From: an uncultured delta proteobacterium
Lineage (GTDB): Bacteria > Desulfobacterota > Binatia > UBA9968
NCBI GenBank assembly: GCA_963804165.1
Contig: CAWDPO010000046.1
Coordinates: 355,720 to 419,719 of the forward strand
Direction of reading: 5' to 3'
Length of the DNA stretch: 64,000 nt
The translations under genes and the position numbers were made by a program. Of the stretch, positions 50,119 through 59,093 are shown piece after piece (position 1 is the stretch's first letter; each line of letters begins with the position of its first letter). The notes under the pieces are model-generated. The model saw nothing but the letters and a program-made list of their open reading frames with translations. It was not told the DNA's origin and ran no database searches.

Positions 50119-51090
50119 ATGGCCAGACCCCTACGGATCGAATACCCCGGCGCGTACTACCACGTCATGAACCGAGGCCAATCCCGCCGTAGTCTCTTCA
50201 TCGAAGACCAAGGACGCCAGACTTTTCTCGACCTGCTCGCCGACATGGCCCGGGTCTGGAAGGTCGAGATCTACGGCTATTGCTTGATGGATAACCACTA
50301 CCATCTCCTGATGTCGACCCCCACGGGAGTTTTGTCTCGCCCCATGCGCCATCTGGACGGAATCTATACGCAGAAGTTTAACCGGGTCCATCATCGTGAC
50401 GGGCCCCTGTTTCGCGGCCGGTATAAAGCGATCCTCATTGATGCCGAAGAGTATTTTCTATCGGTGCTCCGCTATATTCATAAAAACCCCCTGGGCGCCG
50501 GCGTGGTCTCGAATATAGACCGCTACCGTTGGAGCAGCCATTGGGCGTATTTGAACAAGAAGCAATGCCCCGACTGGCTTGATACGCGCTCGGTCATGTC
50601 ACGGTTCGGTGGATTTAAAGAATATCAGAGATTCATGCATGAAGAGATCGAAGAAGAGATTGAAGAGTTTTACCAGGGGCCGTACCAGAAGCCGGTACTG
50701 GGGAGCCCGGAATTCATCGGAAGGGTCAAACAAAGGCTCGGGAAAAAGGCCCGTGTGGAAGAAGAGAAGCCCCAATCGAGGCGGCTTTTTAGCCCCTCTC
50801 TCGACGAGATCGTGCAGGCAACGGCACGAGGGTATGGGAAGAGGGTCGAGGAGTTGAAGCGACGCAAGAGAGGCGGGGAGAACGAGGCGCGGATGGTAGC
50901 GATCTATCTTGGCCGGCAATTGGGCGGGCACAAGCACGAAGAGATCGGGAAAACGGTGGGACTGGTGAAAGCATCATCGGTGAGTTCGGCCTATTTGCTG
51001 ATGAAGGTGCGGGTAGCGAAAGAGAAAGAGCTTCACCGGAGAGTTCGACGGATTGAAGAAGCATTACTAAAAAGCAAACAGCGGACTTGA
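50119..51090 (+). CDS. RAYT-like Y1 HUH transposase with C-terminal DnaA-like HTH
   Basis: MARPLRIEYPGAYYHVMNRG, YCLMDNHYHLL (HUH), GPLFRGRYKA, YIHKNP, YRWSS; C-terminal EARMVAIYL..EIG. Confidence 0.92.
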   Translation: MARPLRIEYPGAYYHVMNRGQSRRSLFIEDQGRQTFLDLLADMARVWKVEIYGYCLMDNHYHLLMSTPTGVLSRPMRHLDGIYTQKFNRVHHRDGPLFRGRYKAILIDAEEYFLSVLRYIHKNPLGAGVVSNIDRYRWSSHWAYLNKKQCPDWLDTRSVMSRFGGFKEYQRFMHEEIEEEIEEFYQGPYQKPVLGSPEFIGRVKQRLGKKARVEEEKPQSRRLFSPSLDEIVQATARGYGKRVEELKRRKRGGENEARMVAIYLGRQLGGHKHEEIGKTVGLVKASSVSSAYLLMKVRVAKEKELHRRVRRIEEALLKSKQRT

Positions 51091-51185
51091 CCCCCTTTGG
51101 TCTCCCCTTTGGTTCTCCTGAGTTGCTTCCGCCGATGAAATTACAAACGCAAAGGGTAGTATCGAAAACGGAATGCGGCAGCCTG

Positions 51186-52505
51186 TTAATCGCGGTTGGC
51201 GGGTTGCTGCGGGATCGGTCGGCTCGACGGGGTAGCTGATCCAGGGTAGGGAAACTGGATAACTGTTGCGGGATTTGCTTGGACCAAGGACTTCAGCGTG
51301 ATCCCTTCCAAGGTCTTTTGGACGACTTGATCACGGCGTAGCAAAAGGTCCCCAATCGCTCCCGCGTTCTTCACTTCTGGCATAGTTGAGCCGCCCACGA
51401 TGTCGAGAATCTCCTTTACGAGAACGTTTTCGGCGGGTCGCGCCAATGCAACTCCCTCAGGCTCTGCGGACCTAAGCAAAATTCCGCGCCTGACAAACTC
51501 GTCAATGAGATTCCCTAAGCTCGATACCCCGAAACGGGCGGCTAGCTCCGTTTGCTCGCAGGGAGGTTCATCCGAGGAATGACGCCGCGCAATCTCGACC
51601 AGCGCCGAAAGAGCCAACCACTCCTGAAATCGATAACCTCTCCCGCCAGTCAGCGCTTCATATACGAACGCGGACGGATGTTGATGAAAGTAGGTGACCT
51701 CCGCACCGATTAAGAAGATCAACCATCCGGTATACAACCAGATGAGAAAAACAATCACGATGGCAAAGGTCGAATACACTGCGGCATAGCGGGCCGAGTT
51801 GGCCACGAAAGCGGCAAATGCTGTGCCGACGAGCTGCCATAATATGCCGGCAGTGGCGCCGCCGACCAGCGCGGAGCTGAGCCGTACCTTCGTGTAAGGA
51901 ATGAACTTGTAAAGAAATGTGAAAGTTGCACAAAGCAGAGCAAACGGCATGACGCTGGTGGTTAATGTAAAAATATAACTCACAAATCCTATCTCAAAGA
52001 GGCGCTCCACCAACCAGTAACTTTGCGCTGAGGCGGTGAGGGTCAGGGCGGTAAAAACCATAACCGGCCCGACCAAGATCACGCTCAAATAGGCCGTAAC
52101 TCTCTGGCTCCAAGTACGGGAATGGGGCAAGCGCCAGATCTGATTCAACGCGTCTTCAATCTTGGCGACGAGGGTAACGACCGTATAAAACAACATGGCC
52201 ACTCCGGCTCCGCCCAGTATGCCGACCCGAATGTTTTCGACAAATTTTATGATGCTGCTTGTCACCTCTGATGCGGCGTTCCCGAGTGGCTGAAGCAACT
52301 GCGCCAGAAAAGGTTCGAGACCATTCTGCACTCCAAACGCTTTCAGCACGGAAAACATTACGGCAAGAAACGGTACCAGCGAAAGCAACGTCGAATACGT
52401 CAAGCCCATGGCCTGGAGACTCAGCACGTCGCCGCGGTATCTCGCATTGGCGACAACAGTCGCCTGGTAAATAGCAGTTCCAATCTTGTTGAGAAGCGAG
52501 TTCAT
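51186..52505 (-). CDS. YihY/BrkB family membrane protein with C-terminal winged helix
   Basis: LTYSTLLSLVP, IEDALNQIW and LIWLY..WLIFLIGAE. Confidence 0.9.
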   Translation of the reverse strand: MNSLLNKIGTAIYQATVVANARYRGDVLSLQAMGLTYSTLLSLVPFLAVMFSVLKAFGVQNGLEPFLAQLLQPLGNAASEVTSSIIKFVENIRVGILGGAGVAMLFYTVVTLVAKIEDALNQIWRLPHSRTWSQRVTAYLSVILVGPVMVFTALTLTASAQSYWLVERLFEIGFVSYIFTLTTSVMPFALLCATFTFLYKFIPYTKVRLSSALVGGATAGILWQLVGTAFAAFVANSARYAAVYSTFAIVIVFLIWLYTGWLIFLIGAEVTYFHQHPSAFVYEALTGGRGYRFQEWLALSALVEIARRHSSDEPPCEQTELAARFGVSSLGNLIDEFVRRGILLRSAEPEGVALARPAENVLVKEILDIVGGSTMPEVKNAGAIGDLLLRRDQVVQKTLEGITLKSLVQANPATVIQFPYPGSATPSSRPIPQQPANRD

Positions 52506-52915
52506 CTAGTGCCGATGTGCGCAAGAAAAATGCCAAAACATTTCACAATTGTTCAAGGCGTCTTTTTACCCCACATAAAAATCGAGCTGAAGCCAGATTT
52601 GTTCCCAAAGTGAAACACGTGCCCGAGTCGAGGATAGCAAAACAACACCAAAGTAAAGTTCGTAAGGCCAAATTCCATCAACACGGATCGTTTAGACGCC
52701 GCTGGAATTCGTCAAATCCGTGCCATGTCTAATCTTTTTTGCAGGAAATTGCCGAACGATCGATAGGATTTTCCTTGCATCCCGCCGCCTTCGTTTGATC
52801 ATCAGATTAGGTTAGATATGCACAGATTAAGTAAGCTGCAAGTCAGTACAAGTGCTTGAATCGTAAATCGGCGTGTGCTTAAAATTTCATTAGAAGAAAA
52901 GGAGGTGAATTAACG

Positions 52916-53134
52916 ATGAAAAAAATCGTATCCCTGTCGGCAGTCACCCTCTTTGCTTTTGCTGTAACGTTCGCTGGCTGCGAAAAGAAGGAAGAACCAG
53001 CTCCGCCGTCACCACCACCAGCTCCATCGCCGGAACCCACACCGTCACCACCTGGAGGTGCGGTCAAACCAGGTGAAACAACACCGGCTCCGGATAAAGC
53101 ACCTGACAAAAAAGACGAGTCGAAAACTAAGTAA
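52916..53134 (+). CDS. Small Pro-rich lipoprotein
   Basis: AGGAGGT RBS, lipobox FAGC, Pro-rich tail. Confidence 0.8.
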   Translation: MKKIVSLSAVTLFAFAVTFAGCEKKEEPAPPSPPPAPSPEPTPSPPGGAVKPGETTPAPDKAPDKKDESKTK

Positions 53135-53156
53135 AGCTAGTTTTCCCCAGAAATGC

Positions 53157-53192
53157 GAAGACCGACGGTTGCGTTACGCGCCGTCGGTCTTC
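53157..53192 (+). terminator. Hairpin between convergent small genes
   Basis: 12-bp stem GAAGACCGACGG/CCGTCGGTCTTC; weak U-tract. Confidence 0.6.
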
Positions 53193-53340
53193 TATCATAA
53201 TGCCAGATTCCTAAATGCTTTAAATTAGGGCTGAGTTACCCCACAAAAATAGCAAGGAAACGTAACCCGAAGTAGAAGATAGATTCACGACCAACACACA
53301 TAGAGGCGAAGCGAATCTGGCGTTCGCGGGCACCTTGTTG

Positions 53341-53541
53341 TTATTGGCTGTGGTGATCGACAATCCTCTTAGCTTCTTCTAAAACAGTCTGCTCTGCTAG
53401 TTCAAGGCTGGCGAATTTACCCAACATGGTAAAAGTCGCTATATATCCGGTGACAGGCTTAAACTTAGCACTTGCCTCGATAAATTCGCCGTTGTCCTTC
53501 GCAGACACTTCAATTTCGTGAGTCTTATGAGTGTGCTTCAT
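53341..53541 (-). CDS. Small hypothetical protein (family B)
   Basis: HKTHEIEVSA...FASLELAEQ..LEEAKRIVD; similar pattern to 55306-55533. Confidence 0.6.
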   Translation of the reverse strand: MKHTHKTHEIEVSAKDNGEFIEASAKFKPVTGYIATFTMLGKFASLELAEQTVLEEAKRIVDHHSQ

Positions 53542-53649
53542 GAGTCCCCCGGTCCGCGGTTAATCTTAACCACTCGTGAACCCGATCTGTCAACGCACCC
53601 CCCGGATCCTGAGTTTGCAATCGCCTCACGTTGGCGATAGAGCCGTGGC

Positions 53650-53949
53650 GTGAAACTTCGCGATTGTCCATGGTGGCCGAGAACCTGGAAAACGGCAGAC
53701 CATAAAGACATCACACCCGACCAGGTTCGCAACGACGGCTTTCTGAGCACGTCCTACATTATTTCCGGGGATTTAATGATTGAAGTCGACTACTATGGGA
53801 AAACTGTTTTGGCGCGCGTCGGCAAATCTTTGAACGCTCCGGCCAATTTGGGGAGAGTGGGAGATTTTCTTCTTGATCACTTCGGCGAGTCAATGGCGAC
53901 TGTTGAAGACCTGGAAGTTACTCCGGACCAGTTCAGCACCCGGCAATAA
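53650..53949 (+). CDS. Small hypothetical protein (family A)
   Basis: MKLRDCPWWPRTW...LLDHFGESMATVEDLEV. Confidence 0.65.
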   Translation: MKLRDCPWWPRTWKTADHKDITPDQVRNDGFLSTSYIISGDLMIEVDYYGKTVLARVGKSLNAPANLGRVGDFLLDHFGESMATVEDLEVTPDQFSTRQ

Positions 53950-54291
53950 AGCCTCGGCGTCTTGCCCTAAGCTCTTCGATTTTACCTGTACCTCTTCGTC
54001 GCCAACGTCGTGGTGTTCCTCGCTGCTAGATGGCTTTCTCCGTACGGGCTCGGCTTCAATCTGGTTTTCTCGTTTGTCGTTGCTTACGTCGTAATTCTCA
54101 TTGGTCGCCGGCTGTTCGGGGTCAAGAACCTTTAGCCGCCGGCCGCCAGTGTGTCGCCGTCGCACCAGATTCTGATTCCATAGTTCAAGCGTGTTGCTAG
54201 CGAAAATCAGCCGCGTGGAAAATTTGTCGCCTTTCTGACAAGGGCCGGCCTTGTTGACAAGGGCATTCTAAGCAAATAGTTTCGCGCCGCT

Positions 54292-54627
54292 ATGAAGCTC
54301 CGCTATCACCCTGGAATAAGCACCTGGCCGCCGAGCTGGCTTGCAATGTCGGGGGGACACGAGAAAACATCGCCCGGTGAAACCGCCGTCCTCACGAACG
54401 TTGCTCTCTCCAATATTGACCCGATAACGATTTGTTATCTAACGGTGCAATTTGAGGATGAACAATACCTGGGGACCCTCCTGTGCAGAGACCCCGAAGT
54501 TTGCCGCACTGCGTACCAAATCCTGCAAGAACATATCGGCAAACCGATCAATGAGATTGGCGATCTTGATTTACCAGACGTGATTAGCAACACGACAGTG
54601 CGCGCGAACACGCACCCGCGGGCGTAG
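54292..54627 (+). CDS. Small hypothetical protein (family A)
   Basis: MKLRYHPGISTWPPSW...LQEHIGKPINEIGDLDL. Confidence 0.7.
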   Translation: MKLRYHPGISTWPPSWLAMSGGHEKTSPGETAVLTNVALSNIDPITICYLTVQFEDEQYLGTLLCRDPEVCRTAYQILQEHIGKPINEIGDLDLPDVISNTTVRANTHPRA

Positions 54628-54687
54628 GGCGCCGGTAAACGTGGGGATGCCGGAAATCAGGGCGCTGCCGGGTCCCGAGGAAGCTTG

Positions 54688-54960
54688 CTAAATGTCTACC
54701 TCGCCTACCTCTCGCAGCGTGAGAGGCAAATGGCTGGCAATAAAAACGCTGGCCTTATCCAGAAGATCCGCTGGCAGGATTAACGATACGCCGTACTCGG
54801 TTCCGTCTACTTTGCGCAATCTGAGGTCGATGTAGTCTACCCCGCTGATGTATTTTCGCACACTAACGATCACATCCTCTTCATCGGCTTCGGAGAAGGT
54901 GTCACCGAATCCGCCCGTGATGCTTGGTGGCCACAATCGGCTGTGTTCCCTGATTTTCAT
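54688..54960 (-). CDS. Small hypothetical protein (family A)
   Basis: MKIREHSRLWPPS...IASHLPLTLREVGEVDI; GGAGG RBS. Confidence 0.65.
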   Translation of the reverse strand: MKIREHSRLWPPSITGGFGDTFSEADEEDVIVSVRKYISGVDYIDLRLRKVDGTEYGVSLILPADLLDKASVFIASHLPLTLREVGEVDI

Positions 54961-55305
54961 TACATTACGCCTCCGTCACGGTTCAGGCGCGACCTCGCCC
55001 TGGGGCCTGATGCGCCCGATGCTTGCGGCTTAACATGACATCATACGATCGGGCACGACCAAACCGGATTTGTCGAGGGAGAAAAGGCTAAATCCTACGT
55101 CGGATTGAACTGAACAACGCTTCAGTTCTATCCCATCACTCCTTAATCGCTCTCACAATCGTTACTGCGCTCTTAAAAAATGGCGCATCCCACTTCATCT
55201 CAGCATGGTGGCCAGCGCGGGCCGTCGTTCACTTTTGCAGGCTGGTCTAATATTGAACATTTTTCTCTTACGTAGAAGCGTATCCTAATATCCGGAGAGA
55301 AAAAG

Positions 55306-55533
55306 ATGGAAGAACATTACAAAGACACCATCATCCTGATCACTGCGGGACCGGTTGATAGAAAGGCGAGATGGAAAGTGACCTGCACAATAAAGTTCAT
55401 AAAGGATACGCGAGAAGTGTCACAGGATCTAAAACTAGATATTGATTACGAGACAGCTGAGCAAGCCGTGCGGGCCGGATTGATGTTCTCCAAAAAATGG
55501 GTGGATGCCGGTAAACCTAATGCCTCAGGTTAA
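55306..55533 (+). CDS. Small hypothetical protein (family B)
   Basis: HYKDTIILITA...YETAEQAVRAGLMFSKKWVD; GGAG RBS. Confidence 0.65.
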   Translation: MEEHYKDTIILITAGPVDRKARWKVTCTIKFIKDTREVSQDLKLDIDYETAEQAVRAGLMFSKKWVDAGKPNASG

Positions 55534-55535
55534 AG

Positions 55536-55754
55536 ATGGATGACAAAGAGGTAGGGGTAGTTTGGGCGAAAAATTATCCGAGGTCGGGAGAAGATAGAGA
55601 TGCTCTTCAGATCTGCAGGATGATCTGTCGGCTGGTGCGACAAAAGACCAAACTCGTTTTTTCTATCAGTAGCTCCAGTACCCTACAGCACGTTCTAGAT
55701 GGCTGTGGAATTTCCCAAGCGGAGTTTGACGAGATGGAAAAGGGGTTCCTTTAA
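55536..55754 (+). CDS. Small hypothetical protein
   Basis: 72-aa ORF starting 2 bp after the preceding stop. Confidence 0.5.
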   Translation: MDDKEVGVVWAKNYPRSGEDRDALQICRMICRLVRQKTKLVFSISSSSTLQHVLDGCGISQAEFDEMEKGFL

Positions 55755-56055
55755 GGCGTAAAAGCGGGGCTTTCATCCGTCGTCATCGACCGGTGACCGC
55801 CGCATATTCGGCGCCCTTTCCGGTCGAACCGAAACTCTCAAGACCAAAACCGGTCTATCTATTGTCTCTGTAGTAGGGCGGTGTTTCGCTATTGTGTGAC
55901 AAGCTATCGGATTGCGTCGGCGAGCGTTGGAATCGATGCGCCGGTTGGATGCGAGTTAGCGGTTTTTCGAAAGTGAATATGAGTTGTTGGAGAATACGGT
56001 TCAATCTTACCGTTAACGTTTTGCGTCAGCGGTGTTTGGGCCCTGACAGTGGAAC

Positions 56056-56856
56056 CTAGCGCGTGCCACGAGCGGCCCACGCACGTGCGATCAGCGGAAT
56101 GGAGCCGTCCGCCGCGATCGGCAGACGGGAACGGATACGCTCTCGGAGCGCGGTTCGTGCCTCTTCATTTAGTGACATCGCATAATCGGGCGCGGGAAAT
56201 TGCCCTCCGAGGAATGGAGTCCAGTAGTCGTCGAAATCGCGGAAGGGGGTTGAGACATCGATGTTGCGCACCTCCACATGCTGGAGCCCGACGCCCTCAA
56301 AAAGGTCTTTCAGCGGACCGGGCTTGCAGATCGGAAATCGTCGGCCTTCGTCGCGCTCCAGGTCCTCGGGCTTAAGTGCAACCGCGGCATCCCAGAAGTA
56401 ACGCATGAGTTCCATCTTTCCCGCGTAATCCCAGACGTATCCCGCGACGATACCACCCGGGCGGACGACGCGCGTCATTTCCGCTACTCCCGTGGGAATG
56501 TCCGGAATGAAGTTAAGCACCAGTGCGGACACGACAGCATCGTATCGTGCCGATTCGCCTGAGAGATGGCGGGCGTCGCCGACGTCGAACCGGGCTCGGG
56601 GATCTCGGACCTGCTCTCGCGCGAGAGCAAGGTAGCCCCCTGAAGGGTCGATCCCGTGGACTTGGGAGGGACTCGCGTGACGGAGGATCGTTTCGGTCAG
56701 CGCTCCCGTACCGCATCCGACATCGAGCCAGCAAGCAGCAGGCGGAATCGCGAGCCACTCAACAAACTCGCGAGCAACCAGTCGGCTCCACCGGCCTACG
56801 TAGGGCTCATACGCTGCGCCACTCGCCCAGACGCTTTTCTCCGTCGAGGTACTCAT
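56056..56856 (-). CDS. Class I SAM-dependent methyltransferase
   Basis: YEPYVGRWSR, LDVGCGTGAL and RPGGIVAGYVWDY. Confidence 0.92.
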   Translation of the reverse strand: MSTSTEKSVWASGAAYEPYVGRWSRLVAREFVEWLAIPPAACWLDVGCGTGALTETILRHASPSQVHGIDPSGGYLALAREQVRDPRARFDVGDARHLSGESARYDAVVSALVLNFIPDIPTGVAEMTRVVRPGGIVAGYVWDYAGKMELMRYFWDAAVALKPEDLERDEGRRFPICKPGPLKDLFEGVGLQHVEVRNIDVSTPFRDFDDYWTPFLGGQFPAPDYAMSLNEEARTALRERIRSRLPIAADGSIPLIARAWAARGTR

Positions 56857-57198
56857 CGCTCACCTCCGCTAGCGTGACTCCGACGCCCAAACTATTGAGT
56901 ATTCCCCGAGCCCCGGGTCGGACCAAGGCAACTTCTTGATTTGGCAAGACACGATAACATAAATCGCATTGTTTCAGAGCTTAGAGGTGGCTTTTTGAAC
57001 CGAAAAAGCGATCTCTAAGAAAAACGATGCGGGGGTCGGAGCAGGGGTCTGGTGACAACAATCGATTCTGCTGAAGAACCCCTCATTTTGATTTGTGATC
57101 GACGTTAAGAATGGTGCTACGACGAGGGTAATGTTGCCGAGCGAGAAATTTTGACCTGCTACGGCGCCACAAGCAAGAGAAGTGGCTCGCTCTTAGCC

Positions 57199-58815
57199 TT
57201 AGGCAGGGCTCAGAGCCGATGTTCTCATCTGGAAGGCGAGCAGATTTAGATATCGTTTCACATTGCAAGCGGCTCCCATCAAATAATGCGATAGCCCGAC
57301 TCGGCTCAGCCCCCGATATTTCGTCCGTCTCAGCCCGTGCCCGCGCACCAACTCGCTGTGGGTCCCCTCTATCCCGTTTCGCGGATGCATGCTCTTTGAG
57401 AACCCGCTCTGTTTCATTTCTCTGCGCCGCTGCTCGACCAGATCATGGCGCAGTCCCACGACCAAAGTTCTCCGTCCACTCTTGGAACGTGTACACTGAT
57501 TTTGTACAGGACAACTATCACATTGATTACCCCACTCGATGCGATAGTACTCGGTTCCCATGTAGCTATCTTTGATGCGGCTGCACTGCGTGCTGAGTTT
57601 GCCCTGGGGACAAACCGCCTGGCGTTTGTCGATATCAACATGGAACGCATCGCTATTGTACGCTCCCTTGTGCGGGTCGGGACGCGTCGGGCCTAATAAC
57701 TCGATGCCGTTTTGTTCAGCTTGCGTTAAGGTGTTCTCGGTGACGTAACCGGCATCGGTATACATCGCCTGGGGTGTGATCTCATGGTGCTGCTGTTCTC
57801 TTTTGAGCGTCTCGGTTAAACCCGCCATCTCGTCCTGGGCCGCCTCGGTGGTCAGTATCTCGGTAATAAAATGCTCGGCGGGCTCGCCTTTTTTCTTGAT
57901 GGGTTGTTGTGGATCGACGCTCTCCGCCACATGCACCTTGTAGCCGGTCCACTGCTTGGTCCTCTTATCGGCATAATGCGCATCGGGATCATGCGGGTTC
58001 TGTACCGCGCGGGGCGGCCGCTTGGTGGCGGGCTCAAGCTTTCCCTCGACCACCTCAAAGTGCTCCTCAAAGACCCGGCGCAAAAGTTTCACCGCCTCCC
58101 GTTCCCTGAGCTTAGAATCATTTCTGTCTAGCCACTCCAAAAGCTCTCTCATGTGTTGCCCACACTGCCGATAGCGCCTATCGTGCTCGGTCTTGCTTAA
58201 TCGCCAATCGAGTTTGCTCTGCACGTACAACTCCCATAGTCTGTCCCAAAACTCGGGCCGCTTTTTCTTCCCAACTTCATGTTCCAAATCCTCCACCGCC
58301 AAGCGCAGCGTCTCCATCGCGCACTCCAAGTAGCTCATCGCTTTCACGTATCCCACGATATGGGTGCTATCGAGCCGCTGCTTGCCCTTTTTCTTCACCA
58401 ATCCCAACTCCACCAGGAGCTTTAAGATCCCGTCAAAAATCATCCGCTCGGCTTTTTTCTTTTCCAGCCGGTCGCGAAAATAAACCAACACCGTGGAATG
58501 AAACCCGTCGTAGTCCAGTTCCAAATCCAGGGCGTACTTCCAACCCAAGTGATACACCACCTGCTCGGTGGCCGAGCGGTCGGCCGCTTTCTCCATGAAC
58601 TGCAGCAGCGTCACCCCGCATAACAGCACCGGATCGATAGCCGGTCGCCCGTTATCCTCGCAGTAAAGCGCATGAAGCTTAGCTGAAAGCTCTAAAAGCT
58701 TGGGCCAGATCTTTTCCCTAAACAGCCGGTAGCGGTTGGCCGGACCGAAAAGATTTCCAGCAAGATAGTCGGTATGATAAAAGCTTCTCTGGGCATCGGC
58801 GGCTCTTACGCTCAT
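57199..58815 (-). CDS. IS1182-family DDE transposase
   Basis: GRPAIDP, WKYAL, QRLDSTHI, GYKVHVAE, DAGY, CPQG and RNGIEGTHSELVR. Confidence 0.9.
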   Translation of the reverse strand: MSVRAADAQRSFYHTDYLAGNLFGPANRYRLFREKIWPKLLELSAKLHALYCEDNGRPAIDPVLLCGVTLLQFMEKAADRSATEQVVYHLGWKYALDLELDYDGFHSTVLVYFRDRLEKKKAERMIFDGILKLLVELGLVKKKGKQRLDSTHIVGYVKAMSYLECAMETLRLAVEDLEHEVGKKKRPEFWDRLWELYVQSKLDWRLSKTEHDRRYRQCGQHMRELLEWLDRNDSKLREREAVKLLRRVFEEHFEVVEGKLEPATKRPPRAVQNPHDPDAHYADKRTKQWTGYKVHVAESVDPQQPIKKKGEPAEHFITEILTTEAAQDEMAGLTETLKREQQHHEITPQAMYTDAGYVTENTLTQAEQNGIELLGPTRPDPHKGAYNSDAFHVDIDKRQAVCPQGKLSTQCSRIKDSYMGTEYYRIEWGNQCDSCPVQNQCTRSKSGRRTLVVGLRHDLVEQRRREMKQSGFSKSMHPRNGIEGTHSELVRGHGLRRTKYRGLSRVGLSHYLMGAACNVKRYLNLLAFQMRTSALSPA

Positions 58816-58878
58816 GGAAAAATCATGAAGGCAACATCTTCGCTTGTCAACGTCTATTTAATTAACTAGAGTCGCCAA

Positions 58879-59061
58879 ATGAACTATCCCACTAAAGTCC
58901 AGGCCATCCGCCGCAAAAAGGCCGTCTCTCAGTGTTATGTTAACTTGCCGCTGCCTCTAGCTGCGGCCATTGATATCGAACCAGGGGAGATGGTGCAGTG
59001 GAAAGTCGACACCCGTTACAAACTCTTCCTCATCCGCCAACGACCTAAGAAAAGAAAATAA
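58879..59061 (+). CDS. Small AbrB/MazE-like protein inside the IS, divergent from the transposase
   Basis: YPTKVQ...YVNLPLPLAAAIDIEPGEMVQW swapped-hairpin-like pattern. Confidence 0.65.
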   Translation: MNYPTKVQAIRRKKAVSQCYVNLPLPLAAAIDIEPGEMVQWKVDTRYKLFLIRQRPKKRK

Positions 59062-59093
59062 CCATGAGGGGTTTTTCAGCAGAATCACAATCC

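Larger units (their letters stand above)
50061..51094 (+). mobile_element. HUH-Y1 transposase element bounded by 15-bp perfect inverted repeats
   Basis: GGGGTCAAGTCCGCT (50061-50075) and AGCGGACTTGACCCC (51080-51094); the right repeat contains the stop codon. Confidence 0.8.
57064..59086 (-). mobile_element. Complete IS1182-like insertion sequence
   Basis: 22-bp inverted repeats GATTCTGCTGAA(G/A)AACCCCTCA; 6-bp target duplication ACAATC at 57058-57063 and 59087-59092. Confidence 0.9.

Noticed and set aside
52900-55760. Prophage remnant
   Set aside because: No recognisable phage structural, replication or integrase genes.
56010-56035. Half attC-like sequence downstream of the methyltransferase
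   Set aside because: No complementary arm could be found.
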